Source: an uncultured Candidatus Saccharibacteria bacterium (lineage in GTDB: Bacteria > Patescibacteriota > Minisyncoccia > Phycocordibacterales > UBA9973). From it: 62,848 bases of DNA. The notes below the pieces were generated by a model, which was not told the DNA's origin, did no database searches, and saw nothing but the letters and a program-made list of their open reading frames with translations. Location: contig CAZHLG010000001.1 in the NCBI GenBank assembly GCA_964533145.1, forward strand, positions 1-62,848, given 5' to 3'. This document shows positions 7,992 through 16,243 of this stretch, in pieces. Each line of letters starts with the position of its first letter. Position 1 is the first letter of the stretch. Both the position numbers and the translations under genes were made by a program.

Positions 7992-8957
7992 ATGTCGGAC
8001 CACAGCATCATCCTCCCTTCGAAGCCTCGCGTCGTCTCCGAGACGGAGCAGAAGGGCGTGTACGAGATCGACGGGCTCGCTCCGGGCTACGGCCACACGC
8101 TCGGCAACAGCCTCCGCCGCATCGTGCTTTCCTCGCTTCCGGGCGCGGCCATCACGCAGGTCAAAATCGACGGCGTGTCGCATGAGTTCTCGACCATCGC
8201 GGGCGTCAAAGAAGACGCCGTGCTTATTCTCCTGTCCCTCAAGAAGGTCCGCTTCAAGATGATCGGCGATGAGCCGCAGACCGCGACCATCTCCATCAAG
8301 GGCGCCAAGACCGTGACCGCAGGCGACATCAAGGCCGGCAGTCAGCTCGAGGTGCTCAACCCGGAGCTCTACATCGCCGAGCTTACCGACAAGTCGGCTT
8401 CGCTCGAGGTTGAGATCCGCGTAGAAAAAGGCCTCGGCTTCGTTCCGCGCGACATGCATGCAAAGGAAAAGATGGACATCGGCACGATCGCCGTTGACGC
8501 CATCTTCACGCCGATCCGCCGCGTCTCGTACGAGGTTGAGAACATGCGCGTGGGAGACAAGACCAACCACAACCGCCTCCGCATGCTCATCGAGACCGAC
8601 GGCACCGTTTCGCCCCGCGAGGCGCTCGAGTCGTCCATCCGCATCATGATCGAGCAGCTCTCCGCGATCGTCGGCTTTGCCGAGGCCGCACAGGAGGCCG
8701 CTCCTGAGTCCGACACTGCCGCCGCCGACGCCGCTCCCGAGCAGAAAGACGACATGAGCGAGGTCTTGAAGACCCGCATCGACACCCTTGATTTCTCCAC
8801 CCGGACCCTGAACGCCCTCACCGATGCGGGCATTCGGACGCTCGGCGGCCTCGCTCGCAAGAAGAAAGAAGATCTTCTTGAGATCGAAGGCATGGGAGAA
8901 AAGGGCATTCAGGAGATTAAACGCATTTTGTCGAACTACGGCATCGCTCTGAAATAG
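7992..8957 (+). CDS. rpoA: DNA-directed RNA polymerase subunit alpha
   Basis: N-terminal domain motif GYGHTLGNSLRRIVLSSLPGAA and C-terminal domain motif LDFSTRTLNALTDAGIRTLGGL. Confidence 0.97.
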   Translation: MSDHSIILPSKPRVVSETEQKGVYEIDGLAPGYGHTLGNSLRRIVLSSLPGAAITQVKIDGVSHEFSTIAGVKEDAVLILLSLKKVRFKMIGDEPQTATISIKGAKTVTAGDIKAGSQLEVLNPELYIAELTDKSASLEVEIRVEKGLGFVPRDMHAKEKMDIGTIAVDAIFTPIRRVSYEVENMRVGDKTNHNRLRMLIETDGTVSPREALESSIRIMIEQLSAIVGFAEAAQEAAPESDTAAADAAPEQKDDMSEVLKTRIDTLDFSTRTLNALTDAGIRTLGGLARKKKEDLLEIEGMGEKGIQEIKRILSNYGIALK

Positions 8958-8981
8958 GGGAGGTTCTGTTCGCATACCACA

Positions 8982-9335
8982 ATGAGACACTCAAACACCA
9001 ACAGAAAATTCGGACGCACCCGCAAGGTCCGCAGCACGTTCCTCAAGGGACTTGCGCTCGACCTCATCCGCCGGGGCAAGATCACCACGACGGAGGCTCG
9101 CGCCAAGGAGCTTCGCAAGGTCGTCGAGCCGCTTGTGACCCTCGCCAAGAAGGAGGATCTCGCGAGCCGCCGCCTTGTGACGAGCCGCCTGATGAACCGC
9201 GCGACCGAGACGAAGAAGCTCTTCGATGAGATCGCGCCCAATTACAAGAGCCGCCGCGGAGGCTACACGCGCATCACGCGCCTCCCGGTCCGCAAGTCGG
9301 ACGCTGCCCGCATGGCAGTGATCGAGTTCGTGTAA
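8982..9335 (+). CDS. rplQ: 50S ribosomal protein L17
   Basis: Motifs MRHSNTNRKFGRT.., GGYTRITRL. Confidence 0.96.
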   Translation: MRHSNTNRKFGRTRKVRSTFLKGLALDLIRRGKITTTEARAKELRKVVEPLVTLAKKEDLASRRLVTSRLMNRATETKKLFDEIAPNYKSRRGGYTRITRLPVRKSDAARMAVIEFV

Positions 9336-9353
9336 TCGGCAGGAAGTACAGTC

Positions 9354-9722
9354 ATGAACACAGCAACGAACACAATGAAGCACACCGTCATCGACGCATC
9401 GGGCAAGACGCTCGGCCGCGTCGCGAGCGCCGCGGCAGTCGCCCTCATGGGCAAGGACGCCGCTACGTTCGAGCGCCACATGATGACCGGCGGCCTGGTC
9501 ACCATCGAGAACGCCGGCAAGATCAAGATCGACCCGCGCAAGCTCACGACGAAGCTCTACGAGCACTACTCGGGCTATCCGGGCGGTTTCCGCGAGGAGT
9601 CGCTCGCGCAGCTTCTTGAGAAGAAGGGCATCGAGGAAGCACTTCGCCGCGCAGTCTACGGCATGCTTCCGGGCAACAAGCTCCGCCCGCGCATCATGAA
9701 GAACCTTAGCATCACCAAGTAG
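9354..9722 (+). CDS. rplM: 50S ribosomal protein L13
   Basis: Motifs LGRVASAAAVALMGK, YEHYSGYPGG, VYGMLPGNKL. Confidence 0.95.
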   Translation: MNTATNTMKHTVIDASGKTLGRVASAAAVALMGKDAATFERHMMTGGLVTIENAGKIKIDPRKLTTKLYEHYSGYPGGFREESLAQLLEKKGIEEALRRAVYGMLPGNKLRPRIMKNLSITK

Positions 9723-9726
9723 TCAT

Positions 9727-10128
9727 ATGGCAGACAAGAAACAGTATGTAGAGAAGATCGGCCGCCGCAAGACCTCGACCAGCCGCGTGCGCCTGACCCC
9801 GTCCGCGAAGAGCTCCTTCACGGTCAACGGCAAGGATGTCAAGGACTACTTCCCGGGCGCAGCGCTCGGCAAGATCGTCCATGACGCCATGGAACTCGTC
9901 CAGCCGGACGAGAAGTTCGAGATCACGGTCACGGTTGAGGGCGGCGGCATCCACTCCCAGGCGGAGGCGGTGCGCCACGCTCTCGCGCGCTTCTTCGCCG
10001 AAGTCTCCGAGGATTCGAAGACCAAGCTCAAGAAAGAAGGCTACCTCAAGCGCGATCCGCGCTCCAAGGAACGCCGTAAGTTCGGCCTCAAGAAGGCTCG
10101 CAAGGCCCCGCAGTGGTCCAAGCGCTAA
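9727..10128 (+). CDS. rpsI: 30S ribosomal protein S9
   Basis: Motifs GRRKTSTSRVRL, GGGIHSQAEAVRHALAR, DPRSKERRKFGLKKARKAPQWSKR. Confidence 0.97.
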   Translation: MADKKQYVEKIGRRKTSTSRVRLTPSAKSSFTVNGKDVKDYFPGAALGKIVHDAMELVQPDEKFEITVTVEGGGIHSQAEAVRHALARFFAEVSEDSKTKLKKEGYLKRDPRSKERRKFGLKKARKAPQWSKR

Positions 10129-10140
10129 CGTCTACTTTCA

Positions 10141-10170
10141 AAAAAACCGCACGGTACCGTGCGGTTTTTT
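10141..10170 (+). terminator. Intrinsic terminator closing the ribosomal cluster
   Basis: Sequence aaaaaaCCGCACGGtaCCGTGCGGtttttt. Confidence 0.85.
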
Positions 10171-10172
10171 GC

Positions 10173-10178
10173 TATACT
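10173..10178 (+). promoter_or_regulatory. Extended -10 TGcTATACT, 6 nt before the ATG at 10185
   Basis: Sequence reads ttTGcTATACTgcccgcATG. Confidence 0.5.
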
Positions 10179-10184
10179 GCCCGC

Positions 10185-10451
10185 ATGCAAAAGACGTTCG
10201 CGGAAAAGGTGCGCGCCGTCGTGGCGCAGATCCCGAAAGGGCAGACCATGACCTATGCCGAGGTGGCGGCCAAGGCCGGCAATCCGCGCGCGGCGCGGGC
10301 GGTCGGTTCGGTCATGAAAAAGAATTACGACCCAGCCGTGCCGTGCCATCGAGTGATACGGAGCGACGGTCTCATCGGGGAATACAATCGCGGAGGTCGC
10401 GAGGAAAAAATCCGTAAGCTGGTGGCCGAAGGCGCCATTGCCGAGCTTTAG
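10185..10451 (+). CDS. MGMT-family DNA-binding domain protein (stand-alone O6-alkylguanine alkyltransferase C-domain, 88 aa)
   Basis: Has the PCHRV active-site motif, plus TYAEVA..AGNPRAARAVG. Confidence 0.85.
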   Translation: MQKTFAEKVRAVVAQIPKGQTMTYAEVAAKAGNPRAARAVGSVMKKNYDPAVPCHRVIRSDGLIGEYNRGGREEKIRKLVAEGAIAEL

Positions 10452-10612
10452 CATTAGTTCGGTGTTTTTTCATGCACGAAGTAGTGTAATGCGAGTGAGC
10501 GGGTTCGTTGTCACGGGAAGCGGCACAGAGCGTAATGACACATAGGCAATCGAGCCAGCGGGCGCCGGCCAGTCGAGCCGCATGCCCCATTTATCACTCA
10601 ACGGACCATACT

Positions 10613-10765
10613 ATGCTACTCACTATCGCGTTCATTCTTCTTGTGCTCTGGGCTCTTGGCGTGGTCGGCGTGTACACGATCGGCTGGTTCATCCACTTGC
10701 TGCTCGTGGCCGCGATCATCCTGTTCCTGGTCCGCGTCATCGAAGGGCGCAATCCTGTCGCGTAA
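10613..10765 (+). CDS. Small two-TM membrane protein (50 aa), lmo0937-like
   Basis: Sequence MLLTIAFILLVLWALGVVGVYTIGWFIHLLLVAAIILFLVRVIEGRNP. Start is ATG 10613 within track ORF 10508. Confidence 0.6.
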   Translation: MLLTIAFILLVLWALGVVGVYTIGWFIHLLLVAAIILFLVRVIEGRNPVA

Positions 10766-10780
10766 GCGCTTTGCTCTGTG

Positions 10781-10812
10781 CGCGCGGCGCCCGGCATGCC
10801 GGGCGCCGCGCG
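10781..10812 (+). terminator. GC-rich hairpin (probable terminator, weak U tract)
   Basis: Near-perfect palindrome cgcgcggcgcccggc-atg-ccgggcgccgcgcg. Confidence 0.45.
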
Positions 10813-10847
10813 TCTCTGTCTGTGCTTGCGCAAATCCTCGCGGCGAA

Positions 10848-10853
10848 TACAAT
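10848..10853 (+). promoter_or_regulatory. -10 box TACAAT, 8 nt before the grpE ATG at 10862
   Basis: Sequence reads gaaTACAATaggtgcgtATG. Confidence 0.45.
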
Positions 10854-10861
10854 AGGTGCGT

Positions 10862-11425
10862 ATGGATACGCATGAAGAAAACACGGACGATGTGGTCTTT
10901 GAAGACACTGCCGAAGGGGAAGGGGAGGCTTTTTCCAAAGACAAGATCAAAAAACTGCGTGACGACCTGAAGGCCGCACAGGCCGAACGGGCCGACTATC
11001 TCGCGAACTGGCAGAAAGAACGCGCGGACTTCATCAACTACAAGAAATCAGAGGAAGACCGGCGCAAGCAGTCGCTTGAGTATGCGCGGGAGCGCTTTGC
11101 GGAGGAATTGCTGCCGGTGCTCGATGCCTACGGCATGATGAGTTCCAACAAGGATTCCTGGGAAAAGGTGGACAAGGCGTGGCGCCAGGGTGTCGAATAC
11201 ATTCAGGGTCAGCTTGTGAAGGTCCTTGCCGATAACGGCATAACCGAGATTTCCCCGAAAGAGGGCGACCATGCCGATGCCGCACTGCACGACCTGATCG
11301 GCACGGTTCCTACGGAAGATCCGACAAAGGACCACACTGTCGCCGTCGTGATGCAAAAAGGCTATGCGCTGCGCGATCGCGTCATACGTCCTGCGCGCGT
11401 CACTGTCTACGCCCTCGCGCAGTAG
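10862..11425 (+). CDS. grpE: Nucleotide exchange factor GrpE
   Basis: GrpE coiled coil plus core (DYLANWQKERADFINYKK, FAEELLPVLDAY, ..RVIRPARVTV). Confidence 0.92.
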   Translation: MDTHEENTDDVVFEDTAEGEGEAFSKDKIKKLRDDLKAAQAERADYLANWQKERADFINYKKSEEDRRKQSLEYARERFAEELLPVLDAYGMMSSNKDSWEKVDKAWRQGVEYIQGQLVKVLADNGITEISPKEGDHADAALHDLIGTVPTEDPTKDHTVAVVMQKGYALRDRVIRPARVTVYALAQ

Positions 11426-11431
11426 CGCAGA

Positions 11432-11974
11432 TTATGCGGCGTACGCAGCTCTGAAAAGCCGTTCGGTCTCTTCGTCGAGCGTGTCTGTCACGATCACCAT
11501 GAGTTCGCTCGAGAGGCCGAAGTCTTTTTTGATGTTCTGGAACAGGAACTCGAACGGGAAGGGCGATACCCATGCGGAATTCTTGAGCAATACGAATCCT
11601 GCTTTTTTGAGCAGATAGCGCAGTGCGTCGCGTTCGGCTTTGCGGCTTTCGGGAAGATCGAGCAGTACGATGCGCCACTTGCCGTCCCAGGCCGGGTTCG
11701 CGAGGGACGTCTTTGAGTCCAGCTTGGCGCTGGCGGCACGCTGGCGGCCTTTTTGCGTCAGGCGGGCGTATTCGCCGTTCGGCGATGCCAGGCGCTCCAC
11801 CAGACCCGTTTCCGTGAGGTTTCTGAGGCTGCGGGCAAGAGCGTAGCGATCTGTAGCCGCAGGCCGTTTTCCGCCGTCGCTTGTCAGCTCAGCTTCGAGG
11901 TCTTCGATGCTGGCCGCACGTTTTCCGGACAGGGAAGCGAGGATTTTCTTAGAAAAATCAGCCTTTTTTTGCAT
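11432..11974 (-). CDS. Putative transcriptional regulator: N-terminal winged-helix plus C-terminal PaaX_C/Cas2-fold-like module
   Basis: wHTH-like segment (RYALARSLRNLTETGLVERL) followed by WDGKWRIVLLDLPESRKAERDALRYLLKKAGFVLLKNSAWVSP. The family call is from memory of the pattern. Confidence 0.6.
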   Translation of the reverse strand: MQKKADFSKKILASLSGKRAASIEDLEAELTSDGGKRPAATDRYALARSLRNLTETGLVERLASPNGEYARLTQKGRQRAASAKLDSKTSLANPAWDGKWRIVLLDLPESRKAERDALRYLLKKAGFVLLKNSAWVSPFPFEFLFQNIKKDFGLSSELMVIVTDTLDEETERLFRAAYAA

Positions 11975-11980
11975 ATCGAG

Positions 11981-11986
11981 AGTATA
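11981..11986 (-). promoter_or_regulatory. Extended -10 TGcTATACT (minus strand), 6 nt before the regulator ATG at 11974
   Basis: Reverse complement reads tgcTATACTctcgatATG. Confidence 0.5.
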
Positions 11987-12033
11987 GCATAGCCGGTGGA
12001 TATTTCAACTAATATTCCGCGAACGTGAAAAAC

Positions 12034-12062
12034 TTGTCAAAAGTTATACACAGGTGTATACT
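12034..12062 (+). promoter_or_regulatory. dnaK promoter TTGTCA-17-TATACT
   Basis: Hexamers lie at 12034-12039 and 12057-12062. The 5' UTR to ATG 12105 is about 36 nt. Confidence 0.65.
12045..12060. promoter_or_regulatory. Perfect inverted repeat TATACAC-AG-GTGTATA overlapping the dnaK -10 box (candidate operator)
   Basis: Read directly from the sequence: 7-2-7 with no mismatch. Confidence 0.6.
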
Positions 12063-12104
12063 GGCCGTACAAGTAAGCAATTAACAGTAATCACCAAGCA
12101 TCAT

Positions 12105-14000
12105 ATGAGCAAAATCATCGGTATCGACTTGGGCACGACAAACTCGGCGTTCGCCGTCATCGAGGGCGGCCAGCCGAAGATCATCGAGAACGCGGAAGGC
12201 ATGCGCACCACGCCGTCCATCGTCGCGCTCGCCAAGAACGGCGATCGTCTTGTCGGCGTCACCGCCAAGCGCCAGGCTATCACGAACCCGAAGAACACCA
12301 TCTATCAGATCAAGCGCTTCATCGGCCACACGTTCGACGAGGCCGACGTTCAGAAAGACATCGGCGCCGTTCCGTTCGAAACCCGCAAGTCCGCCAACGG
12401 CGGCCTTGAGGTCAAGATGGGCGAGGATTGGAAGCGTCCGGAAGAGGTCTCTGCGATGATCCTTCAGAAGATCAAGGCGGATGCGGAAGCGCGTCTTGGC
12501 GACACTGTCACGGAGGCGGTCATCACCGTTCCGGCATACTTCAACGATGCGCAGCGTCAGGCAACCAAGGATGCGGGCGCCATCGCCGGCCTTGAAGTGA
12601 AGCGCATCATCAACGAACCGACAGCTGCGGCGCTCGCGTACGGTTTCAACAAGAACAAGAACGAAAAGATCGCCGTCTTCGACTTCGGCGGCGGTACGTT
12701 CGACGTGTCCATCCTCGAGGTGGGCGATGACGTGATCGAAGTGAAGTCCACCGACGGCGATTCGCACCTCGGCGGCAAGGACATCGACCAGAAGATCATG
12801 AATTGGCTCGCCGAGGGCTTTCAGAAAGAGAACGGCGTCGATCTCCGCAAGGACCCGCTCGCCCGCCAGCGTCTTGACGATGCCGCTGAGAAGGCCAAGA
12901 TCGAGCTTTCGACCGCAGTCGAGACCGAGATCAACATCCCGTTCATCACGAGCGGCGAGGCCGGCCCGATGCACCTTGTGCGCACGATGAAGCGTGCCGA
13001 GCTCGAAGAGCTTACGCGCGAATTCATCGACCGCGCAATGATGATCACGAAGCGCGCCGTCGAGGCGAGCCCGTTCAAGGTCGGCGAGATCAACGAGGTC
13101 ATCCTCGTCGGCGGCCAGACCCGCATGCCGCTCCTGCAGTCCGAGGTAGAGAAGTTCTTCGGCAAGAAGCCGCACATGGGCGTGAACCCGGACGAAGTGG
13201 TCGCGCTCGGCGCAGCCGTCCAGGGCGGCGTGCTCAAGGGCGAGGTGCGCGACGTGCTCCTGCTTGACGTGATTCCGCTCTCGCTCGGCATCGAGACGCT
13301 CGGCGGCGTTGCTACGAAGCTTATCGAGAAGAACACCACCATCCCGGCGCAGAAGTCGCAGGTCTTCTCGACCGCGGCCGACAACCAGACGAGCGTTGAG
13401 ATCCATATCACGCAAGGCGAGCGCCCGATGGCAACCGACAACAAGAGCATCGGACGCTTCATCCTCGACGGCATCCCGCCGGCTCCGCGCGGCATGCCGC
13501 AGATCGAGGTCTCGTTCGACGTCGACGCGAACGGCATCCTGAATGTGACGGCCAAGGATAAGGCTTCAGGCAAGTCGCAGAGCATCCGCATCGAGGCGAG
13601 CTCGGGCCTTTCCAAGGAAGAGATCGAGAAGATGCAGAAGGAGGCCGAGCTGCACGCCGAAGAAGACGCCAAGAAGAAGGATGCGGCTGATGTGAAGAAC
13701 ACCGCAGAGATGATGCTCTTCACCGCCGAGAAGTCGCTCAAAGATGCCGACGACAAGGTTCCGGCGGATGTGAAGTCCGCCGTCGAGGCCAAGATCGCCG
13801 ATCTTAAGACCGCCAAGGAGGGCAGCGATATGGATGCGATCAAGAAGGCGACTGAAGCGCTTTCCACGGAGATGATGAAGATCGGCGAAGCCATGCAGAA
13901 GGCAGGCGTACAGCCGGATGCCGGCACGTCTGCCGAGCCGCAGCCTGAGGAAATCAAAAACGAGGACCAGGGCCCGGTGCAGGACGCTGAGACTAAGTAA
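12105..14000 (+). CDS. dnaK: Molecular chaperone DnaK (Hsp70)
   Basis: Motifs [31 protein letters not shown]. The start is moved to ATG 12105 ([10 protein letters not shown]). Confidence 0.98.
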   Translation: MSKIIGIDLGTTNSAFAVIEGGQPKIIENAEGMRTTPSIVALAKNGDRLVGVTAKRQAITNPKNTIYQIKRFIGHTFDEADVQKDIGAVPFETRKSANGGLEVKMGEDWKRPEEVSAMILQKIKADAEARLGDTVTEAVITVPAYFNDAQRQATKDAGAIAGLEVKRIINEPTAAALAYGFNKNKNEKIAVFDFGGGTFDVSILEVGDDVIEVKSTDGDSHLGGKDIDQKIMNWLAEGFQKENGVDLRKDPLARQRLDDAAEKAKIELSTAVETEINIPFITSGEAGPMHLVRTMKRAELEELTREFIDRAMMITKRAVEASPFKVGEINEVILVGGQTRMPLLQSEVEKFFGKKPHMGVNPDEVVALGAAVQGGVLKGEVRDVLLLDVIPLSLGIETLGGVATKLIEKNTTIPAQKSQVFSTAADNQTSVEIHITQGERPMATDNKSIGRFILDGIPPAPRGMPQIEVSFDVDANGILNVTAKDKASGKSQSIRIEASSGLSKEEIEKMQKEAELHAEEDAKKKDAADVKNTAEMMLFTAEKSLKDADDKVPADVKSAVEAKIADLKTAKEGSDMDAIKKATEALSTEMMKIGEAMQKAGVQPDAGTSAEPQPEEIKNEDQGPVQDAETK

Positions 14001-14012
14001 TACCGTTTTTTG

Positions 14013-14042
14013 AAAAATCCCCTTATTTATAAGGGGATTTTT
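14013..14042 (+). terminator. Intrinsic terminator after dnaK
   Basis: Sequence aaaatcccctta-ttta-taaggggatttt. Confidence 0.85.
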
Positions 14043-14051
14043 CTTACATGA

Positions 14052-14057
14052 TATAAT
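14052..14057 (+). promoter_or_regulatory. Extended -10 TGaTATAAT, 6 nt before the ATG at 14064
   Basis: Sequence reads caTGaTATAATcgcaacATG. Confidence 0.55.
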
Positions 14058-14063
14058 CGCAAC

Positions 14064-14837
14064 ATGAAGAAACGACTGCTGTTCTTGGTGGTATTCAGTA
14101 TCCTTGCAGGGGCTCTTGTCTGGAAGTTCGCGCGGCATGCCGCTGCGCCGACCGTGCCGAAGCATGTCACGGCCATCACGGGAGCACAGAAGGTCTCCGG
14201 CGGGTACCGGTATGTGAAGGACTCCGATTTTTATACGATTGAGGTTGAGTATCCGGCCTCGACGAAGCTTTCCGGCGACGGCGAGAACCGCGCGCTCACA
14301 GTCATGGAAGATTGGGTCATCGAACGCATGCGTCAGTTCGAGTCGAATGCAGGGGAGATGCTCGACGCCCAGGAAAAAGCGCGTCTCACCGAGCAGGGCA
14401 GGAAGTACGCTCTTGGCATTTCCTATAAGCGGTATGATTCGGATGGCCGGATTTCATACGTTTATCAGATCTACGAGGATACGGGCGGCGCTCATCCGAA
14501 CACGTATTACATGACATTCGCGTTCGATCATGCGGGCATCAAGCTTGGTCTCGGTGATCTCTTCAAGCCGGACAGCCGCTATCTCGACCGGCTCTCCAAG
14601 ATCTCGTACGACTATCTCGTTGTTGATCTCGCCAAGCGCTTCGAATCGGAGCTCGACGAAGGCCAGCTCGACTGGATCCGCATGGGCACTGCGCCGAGTC
14701 CGGAGACACTGCAGTTTTTTTATCTCGACGGCGATGCTCTCGTGCTGATGTTCCCGCCGTATCAGGTTGCGGCATATGTCGCCGGCAAATCCGAGGTGCG
14801 GATTCCGCTTGAGACCATTGCGGATATTCTCAAGTAG
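14064..14837 (+). CDS. DUF3298/DUF4163-like (RsiV-type) membrane-anchored protein
   Basis: N-terminal TM, the characteristic YEDTGGAHPNTYY motif and a C-terminal FPPYQVAAYVAG motif. Confidence 0.7.
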   Translation: MKKRLLFLVVFSILAGALVWKFARHAAAPTVPKHVTAITGAQKVSGGYRYVKDSDFYTIEVEYPASTKLSGDGENRALTVMEDWVIERMRQFESNAGEMLDAQEKARLTEQGRKYALGISYKRYDSDGRISYVYQIYEDTGGAHPNTYYMTFAFDHAGIKLGLGDLFKPDSRYLDRLSKISYDYLVVDLAKRFESELDEGQLDWIRMGTAPSPETLQFFYLDGDALVLMFPPYQVAAYVAGKSEVRIPLETIADILK

Positions 14838-14889
14838 TTTTTGACAACAACAAGAATAATTGGTACTATGCAGGAAACGCACTGCACAT

Positions 14890-15273
14890 ATGAAAAAAAT
14901 TCGTTTCCTTTTGTTTGCGGCGCTCCTGTTGCCCGCGTGCGCGTTTGCGCAGAAAGACAGGACCAGTGAGGCATATTTTTATTGGGATTCGATCGAAATC
15001 CATCTTGCGCGCTGGCATTCCCAGAATGCCGCCCAGGATACGATCATGTTCGCTTCTCAGTATGTGTCAGAGTATTTTTACACTGACAACGGACTGCTGT
15101 ATTCGCAGATCCCGCTTGGGTATGTCGCATACGGAACACACGAGCCTGACCGCCCTATGGTCATCGTGCATTGCGGCAAGCGTACCAAGACGTACAACGC
15201 GCATGATTTGATCGGCAACAAGGTCGAATTATGCTCGACGCTCGAGCCGGCATTGGTGTGGCTGAATTTATAG
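14890..15273 (+). CDS. Small secreted/lipoprotein-like hypothetical protein (127 aa)
   Basis: Signal peptide MKKIRFLLFAALLLPACAFAQ with a lipobox-like LPAC. AT-richer than average. Confidence 0.6.
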   Translation: MKKIRFLLFAALLLPACAFAQKDRTSEAYFYWDSIEIHLARWHSQNAAQDTIMFASQYVSEYFYTDNGLLYSQIPLGYVAYGTHEPDRPMVIVHCGKRTKTYNAHDLIGNKVELCSTLEPALVWLNL

Positions 15274-15327
15274 GATTTCATGGTGATAGATGGATGCCGT
15301 ATGTCATGAGCATATTGGCAGGTACGG

Positions 15328-15358
15328 CCCGACGGATTCTTCCGTCGGGTTTTTATTT
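15328..15358 (+). terminator. Intrinsic terminator
   Basis: Sequence cccgacgga-ttct-tccgtcggg followed by tttttatttg. Confidence 0.8.
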
Positions 15359-15391
15359 GTGTATTGGGGCGATTTCGGCTAGTGTGGAGGC

Positions 15392-15856
15392 ATGAAGATC
15401 GAATTGTCCAAAGAGGAGCTGCGGCAGCTCATCGTGCTGACCATGCTCGGAGCGAATATCGAGACTACCGTGCTTGAGATGCACGGGCAGCCGTTCAGTC
15501 TGGCGTACGCGCTCGAAGACAAGCTTCTCGCGCTCGCTGCCGACGAAGGCCTCTCGGCCATGGCGGAGCGCACTGCGGACGGACGACCGGTTCCTTCGCG
15601 CCGGCTGGCCGGGGAGATCGAGCGGGTGATGCGCGAGTACGATGACGATACGTTCTGGTTCAAACTTGAGACCGAGCTCGGCCTGCGCGATTTTTACGAG
15701 ACGCTCGATTTCAAAGAGATGCGCGCGATCAAGGAAGGCGACGAGCCGATGCCCGAGAGCGTGCATGAATTCTACGAAAAGTATGCCGACGAATTCGAGC
15801 AGTATGGCGCTGACCGGCTGCGGATCGTATCAAAGAGCACGAAGCACGACCATTGA
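15392..15856 (+). CDS. Hypothetical acidic cytoplasmic protein (154 aa)
   Basis: GGAGG SD lies 5 nt upstream. No recognisable motif. Confidence 0.65.
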   Translation: MKIELSKEELRQLIVLTMLGANIETTVLEMHGQPFSLAYALEDKLLALAADEGLSAMAERTADGRPVPSRRLAGEIERVMREYDDDTFWFKLETELGLRDFYETLDFKEMRAIKEGDEPMPESVHEFYEKYADEFEQYGADRLRIVSKSTKHDH

Positions 15857-15901
15857 CAACTCGCGTCCGGAGGCGTACCGTTTAATGCAAATGCTTTTCA
15901 T

Positions 15902-16168
15902 ATGAACAGTACGACTGAAAACACACAGAAGAAACAGCCGTTTAAGATGCCGAAAGGCCCGGCATCGTTTGCTGATTTCAAAAAATTTTTGAACGACCAT
16001 GACCCGCACGGGAAGGACGTCATGGAGTTTCTCAAGCAGAAGGCTCCGAAGGTCCATCAGGTCGCTCTCAACAGCAATGCTGACGTCCGTACTATGAGCG
16101 CTATCGTCGGCCATAAGCTTGCGCAGATATTGAATATCGCCGAGCTGTATTGGCCCGCAGTCAACTAA
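15902..16168 (+). CDS. Hypothetical protein (88 aa)
   Basis: The ORF is followed by a terminator. No recognisable motif. Confidence 0.5.
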   Translation: MNSTTENTQKKQPFKMPKGPASFADFKKFLNDHDPHGKDVMEFLKQKAPKVHQVALNSNADVRTMSAIVGHKLAQILNIAELYWPAVN

Positions 16169-16182
16169 TGTATTTTTGATGA

Positions 16183-16213
16183 AAGACCCGCCCTAAGCGG
16201 GTCTTTTGTTTTT
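16183..16213 (+). terminator. Intrinsic terminator
   Basis: Sequence agacccgc-cctaa-gcgggtct followed by tttgttttt. Confidence 0.8.
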
Positions 16214-16230
16214 CTTTATCTGGTCTCGTG

Positions 16231-16236
16231 TATACT
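16231..16236 (+). promoter_or_regulatory. -10 box TATACT, 7 nt before the ATG at 16244
   Basis: Sequence reads gtgTATACTgctcggtATG. Confidence 0.5.
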
Positions 16237-16243
16237 GCTCGGT

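Noticed and set aside
10766-12104. CIRCE/HrcA control of grpE-dnaK.
   Set aside because: No TTAGCACTC-N9-GAGTGCTAA-like sequence is present upstream of either gene. A different palindrome is present instead (see the findings).
12081-13415. 444-aa minus-strand ORF inside dnaK. Similar long shadow ORFs lie at 2016-2885(-), 3324-4373(-), 7974-8990(-), 18726-19931(-), 25680-26729(-), 41041-42303(+), 52306-53355(-), 57332-58642(-) and 58750-60072(-).
   Set aside because: All are antisense to genes with unambiguous conserved motifs (dnaK, alaS, rpoA, gltX, dnaB, cysS and others). They have Arg/Ala/Gly/Asp-biased composition and no start-site signals, so they are stop-codon-poor antisense frames of GC-rich DNA.
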